DNA of 60,233 bases, filler included, from Sanchytrium tribonematis (taxonomy: Eukaryota): the NCBI GenBank assembly GCA_018985235.1. It is 5 parts of 5 records of this genome, joined end to end, with 100 filler letters (N's around TTAATTAATTAA, not from the genome) between each part and the next. Parts side by side here need not be neighbours in the genome. Positions count along the whole stretch, not along the records: positions 1 to 11,993 come from JADGIG010000234.1; 4 more parts are not named here. One strand, 5' to 3'. Under the pieces are notes generated by a model that did no database searches, had not been told where the DNA came from, and was given only the letters and a program-made list of their open reading frames with translations. Position numbers and translations under genes: made by a program. Positions 1 to 11,902 of this stretch are shown here, in pieces. Position 1 is the stretch's first letter; each line of letters begins with the position of its first letter.

Positions 1-1102
1 GCTGAAAATGAATGTAAAACAGATCATGGGATTTCTATCAGTGAAAATGGATTAGGAAGCATTCTCACACTCCCTGGTAACATTAAAATCACTGCTACAT
101 TAGAAGTAGGTGTCGGATACAGATTTAACATTGATTCTCCTGGTCAAGCTAAATATGAAGATTCTTTTTGTAATCCTGGCAAGAAATTACCAGATGACAA
201 ATCTACTATTTATCAAGTGAGTGATGCAGAATTACTTCAAGCCTACTCCAATTGCCATTCCAGCACCTACAGCAGTCCCAAATGGCTATTCAAAGTGCAA
301 ATTACCAATTTCATGTGATGGATTATGGGGTACACCTATTTTGACACCTAGATTACCACAAGTCAATGCAACAGAAGCCAATAATACCACAAATACAACT
401 CAAACACCTCCCCACAACCCAGATCCAGTCCCAAATCCAGATCATGATGGTAAAGATCATTGCAAAGGATATAAACCATATACGCCACAGCCATACGTCC
501 CATCTCCCATCCCAATTGTTGCACCTGCTGCGCCAATTACCCCAAATAAAACAGTGTCAGATGAAGATGCTAAAAAACAATGTGCTTCTGTGTGTGCAGA
601 TGTAGACATTAAAGCATTAGGAATCCATTTAGATGTGGATTATTATGTCAATTCATGTATTGCAGATGTTAAATTCTCATCAGCAGCCATTTCTATTTCA
701 GCCAAAGCCTGTTACGAAAAAGCATATACAAAAGCAAAAGATGTCTATGTAACATCCACAGATCCAATTAAAGTGGATAATTGTAAGAAAACATTGGTGG
801 CTGATGATGAAATGACTTGTCAAAATGGGGGTATTTCTGTTGGAACTGGAGGATGTCAATGTACTCCAAATTATCAAGGAAAACATTGTGAGACTTATGC
901 ACCAGTACCTGCTGTATTACAGCCTGCTGTGAAGCAATTGGATGTAGCACAACCACAAACATTGTATCAGCCTCAAACAACATTACCACAAGTACCTGCT
1001 TATGTGAGCAAAGAATTGCCTAAAGCACCTAAACAGGGTGAGTATTCTAGTGCTGCACAAATGAGTGGATTGGCATTATTTTTGATTCATTTATTGCAAT
1101 AA
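1..1102 (+). CDS. 5'-partial surface protein, VWD/EGF (VWDE-like), Pro/Thr-rich, GPI-type hydrophobic C-terminus; frame change near 217-232
   Basis: Frame 1 is open from base 1 (...SFCNPG...YQVSDA) and continues in frame 2 (NYFKPTP...). EGF-like CQNGG..GCQCTPNYQGKHC; ends SAAQMSGLALFLIHLLQ. Confidence 0.6.
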
Positions 1103-1120
1103 ATTTATTTTTAACTTATG

Positions 1121-2295
1121 TCATGGGATTGCGTCTGATTTGGATGGTTTAATTGCGTTGGAATCCATTCTAAAGTCAAATTTAATAGGTGTTTGAATTA
1201 TTGGAGACATTTGTGCTTCTTTGAATGAGGACTGTGGCGATTTAAAGATTGTTACTTCCCTGGCTGTCATGGAAACAGTCTTTAAATCATTTGCAATTGA
1301 TTTGAATGATTCAGATGCAAGCATTTGTTGAACTCTGAATTGTAACTTAGAGGCAAATTGAAATCGGGTGCGTTGAATATCAGAAATGGTCTTTTTTAAT
1401 TGGATCAGTCTATTGTATGTGTCTGAGGGTGTTGATTTTCTGGTAGTAAATTCAGTTGTAATCATGGCATGATCACTAGAATCACTCATTCTGGGGTATG
1501 TTTCAAAACCATCCTTTTTCTTGAAATCCTGAATCATTTCACCATTTGTAATAGTAATAATTTGATCATAAATTGCTTTTTGATGATTTCTTCTATTTTT
1601 AAAGGTAGTTGGGCCATTAGGATGCTGCACAAATCTAGATATTTGCATTTCTAACACATCTTTGCGATTTAATGCCATTTAAAATCATTTGGATCCATAT
1701 TCATATCACCTGCTAATATAAATGATTTATCTCTATGATATGAAATGTATTTGATAATTTCTGCTAAATTGGTGAGTGCCAAATGGCCAATTGAATTACG
1801 AGGTGATTTCAAATGAACAGAAATCACTTGAAAGATTTGAGTTGTTGATAGATCTATAAATGGGACTACTAATCCACCACGATCTAGTCCGCTAAGTGGA
1901 ATAACTTCAGGCTCTTGGACTTTGAAGATATTATTCATTTTAGCAACTTTTTTGTCATTTCCAATGGGTCTTGGTTTTAAAATGGCTCTGGATTGTGTGC
2001 CATAAATTGGTTTAAATAATGATTTTTGATAAAATACTGCATTTGTATGCTGTCCAATGCCTTTTTGATACAGATAATCCCATTTTTCAATTTTACCATT
2101 TAATTTAGATTTTAGTAAATCTGAAGTGACTACAGGTGATGTAATTTCTTGCAGACTAATAACATGTGGCTGCTCTTGATTGATAAGAGTTGTAAAGTCA
2201 TTTAATTTGGTTGCAAAATTTGATTCTGTGGCATCAAAGTTTTCCAAATTAAATGTTGAAACTTTAATCGTCCAACATAACCAAAAGAGAATCAT
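1121..2295 (-). CDS. Secreted EEP (endonuclease/exonuclease/phosphatase, DNase I-like) protein, paralog C; 1-nt frameshift at ~1678 (pseudogene or sequencing error)
   Basis: ORFs 1669..2295 and 1121..1678 join by adding one A (TTT AAA [A]TG GCA). Motifs STFNL, LQEI, SVHLKS, ILAGDMN, YDQII, SDHAM; short hydrophobic N-terminus. Confidence 0.75.
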
Positions 2296-2410
2296 TTGGG
2301 GTGACTTGCATTTGGTTCTATTTAAATAAGTTTCTCAGGAATCTCAGTCTTTACTTTGACATTTACAAATCATTAAAATATACCTTTTTCGTTATAACAT
2401 GATTTATTAG

Positions 2411-4385
2411 TCACGTAGATTGACCATTGCTAGCCATCTCAATTACGCATCTCTTCACAAATCTCTTCATCTTCTCCAGTTGGCTCCAAATTTGATGCTT
2501 CATTCTATTTGTGGCATTCAACCACTTCATGCTCAATCCAAATGATAGTTTTCCTGGACACAAATATGGTCCTGTCAAGGCATAATCCTTTATGGTAAAT
2601 CTATTGGTAAATAGAACATATGGATGATCTGGCTTTGTTGGTGGCATTTACAAAGATGATCCACGAAGCAATTTGCTAGATTAAACGAGTGTCCCTTGAC
2701 CCAAGTCAGTTTAATATCATTGATATGGGTATTGCACTGTCTAATGATGTCAATACTATTCAATTTACGCCATGAGTATCCAGTTTGATAATTTTGGATG
2801 GTTTTAATGGCTGCTTGTGAATCACTAATTATTTCGACTGGCAATCCCAATTTACTCTATTATCATCACATGCCAATGTTATGGCTATTATTTCTGCTCT
2901 AGTCGATGAATCAACGATTAGGTCGCTAATTTCAAATGACTCGTAAAATACATCATTCTCTGTGATAATCATAAAGCTGGCATATCCTAGGTTATTCACT
3001 TTACTTCCATCTGTGTAAATTGATACCTGACCAGGTTTAATATAGCTAGATAGTAACTTATGATTTCCACCTAAAATTCTTCCAATTTTCAATTTTGTTT
3101 CGAGATGGGTTTCAACAGCTTTAAAATGCGTTGAATTGTACTGTTCTCGAATATGTCCGAAGTAACAGTGTATTATTTGTGATTTATAATCATGCAATTG
3201 TCCACAATTGTCACATGGAGATGTGATTGACGGGATTTGCTTTTTAATCATTTTAATCAGACCATGATACATTTCATTCACTTCAAAATATTGATCACAT
3301 GGTTGCATGCTATATCTAACAGTTGGTACATATGCAACATCACCACTGCCCTCTTTAAAGCATCTGTGATTATTCCATCGAATGTGCAATTGAGACCAAC
3401 GCGTGTAGAACTGGCAGAATTGATACATATTGTATAGATCCTCTAATTTAGTGTCATGGCTGCTACCACTGAAATCTCTCACTGTACCTAAAATAAATGA
3501 ATTTATCTTTCTTGCTAGTTTTGCTTCAGGCTCAAAGATACAGAGAGCATACTCAAGAATGAGCACCAAATAGGTGGATATGCATTTCATAAGATACTAT
3601 AATTTAATTCCACTTGACTTGAATATACCAGCACGTATCAAATTTCTTTCCTTTTCATGTGCTTTCTCCAAATTTTGGAAAATTTGCTGCTCTCTGCTAA
3701 GTCCTTTGCTATTCAAGGCAATGCCAAGATACTTGATATAAGCACTTCCATCTACAGTCTCTGTCTTTGTTGGATTTACTTCCAGTCCAATATTGGCCAA
3801 TTTCCGTTTTAATTCAAATTCAACTTGTGCACGGTATCCTTTTCTAATTAATAGTATAATGTCATCCACAAATACTACTATTTTACTAGTCTTGGTGTTC
3901 CAGTTCAAAATCGCTTGATCCATCACTTTGGAAAAAAGCAATGGAGACATTTTACCTCCTTGTATCAGTCCGGTGTCTGTTGACATACGAGTTGAATAAT
4001 GTCTCCCCAATTTCACAAAGAGATTCTGGTGCACCACAAGATTCCAAACGGCACATTTCCAAAGATCATTGGCATCAAATCCCAAAATCACTTCTAACAC
4101 TTTTGCGCGAGATAATTAGTCAAAAGCCTGCGTGACGTCATATTTGACAATCTCCCACCCAGGATTCTCTTGAATTAGTCCATTTAAATCATATGCAGCA
4201 TCTAAGCCCGAGCACGACTTCTTAAAAGCATACTGAGAAGAAGATGCCAACAAATCACTTGACACGTTTGTGATGATCAGGCCAGAGAACAGCTTACGCA
4301 AATGAGATGCAAGAGCAATGGGTCTATAATTCATGATATCCAATGGTGAATTTCTTTTAAAGATAGGCACAACAGCCATTTCCTT
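2411..4385 (-). mobile_element. 5'-truncated, decayed non-LTR retrotransposon (RT - Cys/His cluster - RNase H)
   Basis: PIFK..NYRPIAL, DVTQAFD, QGGKMSPLLF, FVDD, KYLG, then CDNC..HC, then RNase H IYTDGS / TRAEIIA / ISDSQ / WVKGH. In-frame stops at 4116 and 3597; frameshifts near 2850 and 2650. Confidence 0.9.
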
Positions 4386-4669
4386 GCAAAATTTGATAGA
4401 TGGCATCTCTATTGGTTTCAGCATCTCTAATTGCATTATTCAACGCAATCCAAAATCCCCTATCTTCAATCGTAGAAGCAACAGCATTGGCTTCAATCTG
4501 TTTCAAATAATTCAATTTTTCTAAAGGAGTTGAACTTCTGATTTCAAAGAAGACACTTATCTGAGAATAATCACTTGTATCAGAAACAGTGATTACACCC
4601 TGATAATTGGATTCCCCAAATGTTGTAAAATCTACGAGATCGTGTGGTAGAAATTGGTTGCCATGTACC
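4380..4669 (-). pseudogene. 3' part of EEP paralog B, cut off from its 5' half by the LINE and truncated by the RT-RNase H element
   Basis: Manual translation HDLVDFTTFGESNYQGVITVSDTSDYSQISVFFEIRSSTPLEKLNYLKQIEANAV...ALNNAI aligns by eye to paralog A SDLYDHIITFSKSSYKGGTFTLSETAEY...ETRTAIPEDRLRYLEDIKAADV...PLNEAI. Confidence 0.65.
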
Positions 4670-5129
4670 TATGAAACCAGGAGTTCTCAAAAATCTAGTA
4701 AATTTTTTTCATTTTTTTAAAATTTTACTTATTTTTAACAAACTCTGTGATATTTTATGTTCAACATCTAATATCACCAAAATGGCTACAATTATAGCAT
4801 TCTTTCATCCAAAATTGGCTAAAAAGCTTCTAAAATGGACACTAAATAGTCCCAAAAACAGATTAACAAATCGGCAATATGAGATTATATTTAATAAAGT
4901 AATTTCACAACTAAACTTTTTATTTTTTGGTATTTTACACATTGGAATTGTAAAATGGAAGTATTACCCTGCAGATTTTGATGAAATTATTCTAGAACAA
5001 ATTCAAAGTCATTTGGCAACAAACACGTTCATGATTCACACCAATCAAGACTGCTCACGAGATTGTTTTTATTCACGTGATATTCAAAATTACATAATAA
5101 ATTCTTCAACTACAATTTTGCGCGTAACC

Positions 5130-8100
5130 ATGTCAAATAGCCAAATAGCTAGTCTCAGTGCTCTTAAAAACAATGCTAAAACTGCACAACGACAATCAAC
5201 AATTGAATCAACCATTGGCGTCCTTACACGCAGCGAGTCATTCTAAATGGTTTATTTATTATCACAATTGCACAGTCTACAGCCATTGAAATGCCCTGCT
5301 GTCAACTCTGGCACAACTGCCGATATTCATATTTTACTAAAAAATACTTGTATTGTTGTGAGTTGCTCTCATATTTATCATTTAGAGGCTTTTAACTCGA
5401 AAGACTCAAGAAATAATCGTGAAACACTCATTCCGAGATTCTGCAATCAACCTGAGAAGATCACCCCACATCACATCCTCAAGCATATTTTAAAATATGT
5501 CGAATCACTAAAATCCAAGGAGTTCAAAGAATTGGAAACAAATCTGAAGGATATGATCCCAATCATTACCAATCAACCACATAAACTCCCCACAATTCTC
5601 ATTTTAAATCCCAAACACTTCTTACAAAAATACGAAATCAAAGACGGAATCATTAGAAACTTTACTATTCAAGTCATTTCACCTCCATCAAACACAGTTG
5701 ATTTGTATGATTTAACATTATCACAGATTAGTGCAATCCAGCAACTTCAACACAAGGAATTTAAGAAATTCTATATTTCTGTTTTCTTTGCCCCCATTTT
5801 GGTCAAAACACCAGATAAAAGTGCAAATAGCTGCAGAAATCATATCAATAATCACTTTTCCAACTCGTATGCACACGTATATCGTGATGACTCGTCTGAA
5901 ACCAGAGTAAAGAGAGTCTTTATTGCCATTGTAACGGACTTAGATACTGTTGAATCAGCAAAACAATATGCAAAATCATGTGGACTTACAACATGTGATG
6001 ATGATTTACTCACTTATTTCTTTACTGCAGTAGGTGCTAAAGATGCAATGAGACCCAATGAATGGACACAATTGGAAGAAAGTGGTACTTTGAGATCCAG
6101 AGCAGTTTTAGAAACAATCGCTGACAGAATGGTGGTTAAATACTCCATGAATCTTGAGCAATCCTCGTTAAAACAGGCCCAGGCAGATCTGCAAGAAAAT
6201 AGAGTCATCTACAATTCAATCGCCAAACAATTCCAATCTGGTGATCACTCAAATGCCACGAGACCATTTCAAGTAAAGATTCAAAATGATCCAATGAAGA
6301 AAGATATTCAGATTCCAAAAGATGAACTAGTGCATATCTATTTAAAGAATGAATTCACGGAGATTTACGGACCTGATTATTCCACTCTTGAAGTGGAATA
6401 CAAAGGAATGACAAATTCGAAACAGATCATTGGTATCGAGGATAATATGACAGCAAAGACTGTTAAACAAATGGGAGTGCAATACTTCTTTCCAGAGATT
6501 TTGGTACAATCAATTAATTTAGAATTTGGACAGCGATATGGAAGAATAAATAAATTCACTTGTGATTTCCCCTTCAAATTTTACATTTACTCAAATTGGA
6601 GAATCGATTATTCTGACATTCTTCGAAACAGCACCATCTTCAATTCATTCTTCTACAAAGACAATGCCACTGCTTTATTCACCTACATAGACCATTCTAA
6701 CACACTAAAATCGATCACGTTTCCCATTGGATTGTACAAATCAGAGATATACCAGAGAATGAATGAACAGTTCCCACTACTTAAATCAAACGATCTAGCC
6801 ATATTCCCACCAGTGAATGGAAGCGTGCTCTACTACAGAAATGTTATCAAAAAAATGCGAATGAGAGGTGGTTCCAACCCGAACCAATCTCAATCTGCAT
6901 CAATAAACACACCTAATACACGTAAAGCACCCATATTTCATGAATCAAGTCCCATTAAAAGACCGAAACACATTCAAGTTAATAAATTAGTGCCTGAAAA
7001 ACGTGTTGCCGAATTAAGCAGTTCAAATAATAAAATTCGACCGAGCCCATATCTCAATAAATTTCTATCATCCAATCTTAACACATTCACTTCAGATGCA
7101 CCAGAACATGTAGAAGATCCCCCAACGACTTTGGACACTCCGGAAATGTACACTGCAAATTTTCAAACCAACATCAAAATTGTCGCATACAACTGCTGCG
7201 GGTATAAAAGATTACATCAGAATCAGGAAATAAACAATATCCTAGTACACCAACCAAATGCAATTCTGTTGCAGGAGTCAAGAAATAAATATAATTTACA
7301 AAAAATCCCGAATTACTATCAAATTGACTTGCCAAACACTAATTTGCAACATAAACAACATCTTTATTTACATAAGTCGGTCTCCGACATACAAAAAGTA
7401 CACATTCAAGATAATTGTTATATTTTCAAAATCCATGGCACCCTTGTCGCATTCATTTACATCCCATATGAATTGTACCGCACCAAAAATTTAGCAGCTA
7501 TAAAAGCAATCCTGGAACCTGCAATAAGACTTAAATGCATTCTCATAGGCGATTTGAATTTCAATGTCTTGGAGATGACAAACATTACAGACAATTTCAG
7601 TAAATTATTGGTTCGCACTTTCACTGAATGGTCATACACTAATAAAAATAGTAAAAACTCCAACTATGACACGGACAAAACGTATTCTCGATCACTGCTG
7701 GGCACATTCGTCCAACGAATATTTAGTGAGCTCTTTTACCGCCTTAAATCACCCTGAGATGTTCACATCAGATCACTTCCCATGTTTAATAGAACTCGGT
7801 GTCAATAATCCAGTCTTGAATGCTGAAAAAATAAATTGGAGCAAATTGAGTCTACCAGAATATAGAAATAAATACAAGTCATTGCTTCAATCAACAATAA
7901 AACAATTTGAAACCACATTTGAGACATCAAATAATGTCAATAAAATTGATAAACTCCTAACAAACTGTATTTTGACCACTGGTAAAACAATACTAGGGAC
8001 AATACCTAGTAATCCAGATTCCATTCATTATGGCAAGTCAATAGAAACATTAAGCAAGAATATTAAAAGACTCCAACGTAAATATGGAAGGTCGAGTTCC

Positions 8101-10140
8101 AACAAAAACAGATCCAAGCTACTAAAAAAAATCAAAAAGAAAAGAAAAGTTTTTAACAAAATGGTGGAACAACAAGTTTACCAAACAAGGATTGATAAAA
8201 TAAATGAATTCAATACAAATTCGACTCTTGCATATCATGAAATGTGCAAAATAAAGAACATAACATCTAAATCAAATGATTTTTGCAAACTGGAAGACAT
8301 GATTCAATATCAAAAGCAACATTTTGGTGGCGACACTGTCAACTGGCCTAAGAAAGAACAATCAATTAATTCTGAAGAAATTGTTAAAATGGCAAATGAG
8401 ATCTTCACAAGAACAATCATTAAAAGAGAATTGAGATACCTCAATTGCAAGAAAGCGTCTGGTGGAATAATTCCGACAATTGCTTACAAATTTTTGCCTA
8501 GTAATGGAATCAAAATAATCAAAAGACTTCTCTGTCTTTGCTATTCCTCTGGTGATATCCCTGAATCTTTCAAATTCTCAACACTTGTGGAAATTTATAA
8601 AAACAAAGGAAATAAAGATAATCCAGTATTTTACCGACCCGTCAGTCTACTTGTTATTTTAAGGAAGATTTACGAGAAAATAATGTATTACAATAAATTA
8701 CAACAACTGTTAATTCCAACTTATCGTCAGCATGGCTTTTGTAGCAGCCGTGGTACTTTAACGCAATTGCACTACGTCAACAATTTGATTAAGAATTATG
8801 GACAAAATGGGGATGTTTTCATGGCATCACTGGATTTATCCAGTGCTTTTGACAATATAGACTGGCAAGATATTCAAGATGTATTTCAAAATAAACTAGA
8901 TTCTCAAGATTTTAATGTAATTAGATCATTGATTAACAAACAGTGCATTCAATTAAAACGTGATAATAACAGAAACATCATTGAAATGCGTAAGGGTGTG
9001 CCCCAAGGTGGAACACTCAGCCCTCTAATCTTTTCTTATCTTTTGGATCATATTGTTTCATCTCTTGAAATTGATCATTCTAAATTAAGTCTCTGCTTAT
9101 ACGCAGATGATATTTTTACCATATCAAATGATCTAGAATACTTGGAAACAACTCTTAATCGAATCACCAATAAATTAGAAGAACACTCATTTTGTGCAAA
9201 TGTTAATAAATATCAGTTTTGTGGACCACCTGACTTAGCAATTACAGTTCAAAATACTACAATACAATCCATTCCATACATCAAGTATCTCGGAGTACAT
9301 CTAGACCTCAAAGGCATTCATTATGAAGTCGAAACTGCGCACAAAAAACGCAAACTAGAAATGATTCTAAGCGAGATAAATTCCACTAAACAACAATTAT
9401 TCCATGCGAAACCGTTATTTATAAAGGGTGTACTTGACCCTATTCTTTCTTACGGACTAGCACTTTGGTCCCCAGAAAAAATATTTGAATTAGAAAAATT
9501 AAGAATCACATTTACGACATCTTTATTTGGTCATTCGCGTAAAATACATGAGTACTTGTGTGAATTTAATAATTGCAACGAGCTGTATCACAAATCAAGA
9601 ATCCAACTCGAGTCCCAAATCAAAAATATTATTGAACAATTGCGCAACATAAACACCCCTGTCTGGTACATTAACACTTTAAAAGCAAATACCGAACAAG
9701 CAAATACCGAACAAGCAAATAGCATATTTCAATATTGTCCACTATTTTTCAACACCAGCAAAGATGTTGACGACAGTAAAAGAATTCGACTGGAACACGA
9801 ATGGAATAATAACTTGGCAAAAAGAGGCAGTCAGTTAAATACAAACAGCAATTTAATAAAATTGTTAAAGAAACAAAAATTTACTTATATCTATTCTCAC
9901 CATATTTTGAGACTAGGTGTAAGATTTATGATGGGAGATCTCCCATTTAGAATAGACGCAGGATGTGAATTATGTTGGCAGCCGTATGAAGATGGACTGC
10001 AACACTTTGAGCTGGATTGTACGGATTACAGGAGAGTCGATTATTTGGAAACTAGAATTTACAACACTTTTAAAAATGGGACAGAAAATGAAATCTTTGA
10101 TATATTAAAGAAATTGAAAAGTGTTACCACACCAAAATAG
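5130..10140 (+). pseudogene. LINE polyprotein with an in-frame TAA (5244-5246) and a +1 frameshift inside APE (~7580-7665)
   Basis: ATG 5130 is in frame with ORF 5247. APE: AYNCCG, LLQES, IYIP, IGDLN, then in the next frame KTPTM..ILDH, SDHFP. RT: YRPVSL, QHGF, LDLSSAFD, PQGGTLSP, YADD, KYLG. C-terminal CELC-x7-H-x4-C. Confidence 0.85.
9683..9721 (+). repeat. 15-nt tandem repeat (~2.5 copies) in the LINE ORF
   Basis: AAGCAAATACCGAAC twice plus a partial copy, encoding ANTEQANTEQAN. Confidence 0.85.
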
Positions 10141-10345
10141 ATAATCTTTAAGTTGTTGGACAGCTTGATGAGGCATCCCAACAAAGAATAAATATTTATT
10201 ATTATTGCCATGTACCTGCTTCCCTTTAGAAAATACCATGATGCTATCATAAACCTCTCTCAATTGACCGTGTTTGTCAGTAAAGTAAAGAGACGTTATT
10301 GCTCGTTGAACAAATCTCTTTCTTTGCAAATTAAAATAATCTTTT

Positions 10346-10972
10346 TTTTTGAAAAAAACGCTCTAGCTTTTCGTTATCCATATTCATATCACCTGCAAGA
10401 ACAATTGTTTTATCAGGATGCTGTGATATAAATTTAATAATTTCAGCTAGATTGATAGCTGCTGTATTTCCTTCCGAGTTTTGAGCAGATTTTAAATGTG
10501 CAGAGATCACACAAAATTCTACGTCTTTTTCAATATCCTTAAATTTGAGCAATAAGGGCACTAAGATTTAAAGTTGATAATGTGATAATCTGAGGACTTG
10601 ATCCAATGTGGTTTTAGCTGATTTCGAAGATGGTTTAGTGGGTGCAGTAACCGGGTGACCTGTGACTCCCATTCTTCTCACTTTTGTAGTGTCATAAATA
10701 ATGGCTGTACTATGTCCATTTGTTTGACCAGATTCAATCAAATAATTCCATTTATCACTAGAAACTCCATTTGCATTTAATGTAGCAATAAGTTGTCCTA
10801 ATGCATTTCATTTGGGTGCAACTTCTTTTAATACGATAATACTGGTTCCACTATTTAAGATGATAGGTGCAAAGTTTGCTATTTTAGAATCAATTGCATC
10901 CATATTTTGACCAAAATCATTCAGATTAAAAGTGGATATTCCAATGGACCACAAAATGGACCATAAAATCAT
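10346..10972 (-). pseudogene. 5' half of secreted EEP paralog B, two in-frame stops, interrupted by the LINE
   Basis: MILWSILWSIGISTFNLNDF..VLKEVAPK*..KWNYL..STAIIY..*..SAHLKS..VLAGDMNMDNEKLERFFQK. Stops at 10808-10810 and 10568-10570; similar to paralog C. Confidence 0.8.
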
Positions 10973-11162
10973 AGATTGGAGCAATTAGATCACTTTCCTT
11001 CAATGTGTTTGGATCTCTGTGTATTAAATTATGATTGGACGGAAAAGATGAGCTAATTCTATTTTGTGTCTTGATGTCAGAGAGCTAGAAATGTACTTTT
11101 GATTTCTATCAAATAGTGATATTGATTTGTCAAAGCATTATCAACTCTAATAAATTGATTTA

Positions 11163-11902
11163 CTAAACAATAACTTTACCTGGTTTTCTATCAATCGGCT
11201 CTGTAGATGGCCGTTCTACAGTTGGAACCGGGTCAAATGTCACTGGTTTTTCCGGAGGCAGGTCAACCGTACCGGGTAACTCATATCCTATCCCTCCTGT
11301 TTCTCCAGTTCCTCCTGTTTCTCCAGTATTTCTTAAGTCATCGAGTGTTTCCAGTGCACCATTTATGGGATCTTGCATGTTCGTCATAGTATCAGAAGGG
11401 GTGCCTTTCTGTTCTGGAAACTCACCATCATTTGATCCACCTTTTGGTTCAGCAGGAGTAGCAGGAGCAGAAGGCTTACCTGATCCACCCCCTTCTAGAT
11501 CTTGTAAACTAGGTTTTTGAGTATCTACTTCCTTTGTTGTTTTACTAATAGCTTCATTTAATGGTTTTGTGATATCTCCAGATGTGAGATGTCTATCAAC
11601 ATCAGCTGCTTTAATATCCTCAAGATACCTCAATCTATCTTCAGGTATTGCTGTTCTAGTTTCAATGTTAGTACTAAGCAATGGATGATCACTATGTATT
11701 GTTAAAGTGAGTGCGAAATCCTGTCCACGGATGGCCGATGTATACTCAGCAGTCTCACTCAATGTAAATGTCCCACCTTTGTAAGAAGATTTTGAAAATG
11801 TGATGATATGATCATAAAGATCACTGTGTCTTCCTCTTTTGTGAAATACAACGGGACCATTTGCAACTGTCGTAAATTTTCTGATTTTGACTTTCACATT
11901 GT
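11163..11902 (-). pseudogene. 3' half of EEP paralog A, with LEGG and Gly/Pro tail, interrupted by a second LINE copy
   Basis: YNVKVKIRKFTTVANGP..LYDHII..SDHPLL matches the paralog C C-terminal half and starts exactly at the LINE 5' end. Confidence 0.75.

Larger units (their letters stand above)
4670..10345 (+). mobile_element. Apparently full-length (~5.7 kb) non-LTR retrotransposon: long N-terminal region, APE endonuclease, RT, CCHC
   Basis: 5' end defined by 92-bp identity with 11902-11993. The 3' end abuts EEP coding sequence at a T run (10342-10350). Coding motifs in the next feature. Confidence 0.9.

Noticed and set aside
4644..5129. 200-aa ORF 4644..5246 as a separate ORF0
   Set aside because: It begins at a GTG outside the element boundary and reads through AT-rich 5' UTR; only the part from ATG 5130 looks coding.
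3597..5246. In-frame TAA/TAG in both retroelements as a sign of stop-codon reassignment or readthrough
   Set aside because: Conserved host genes end normally at TAA/TAG and have no internal stops; decay explains these.
7600..7651. 52-nt GT-AG segment that would repair the APE frameshift
   Set aside because: It would remove ~17 aa between GDLN and PT, shorter than usual APE spacing, and does not fit the 19-21 nt intron class. A simple indel or programmed shift cannot be told apart here.
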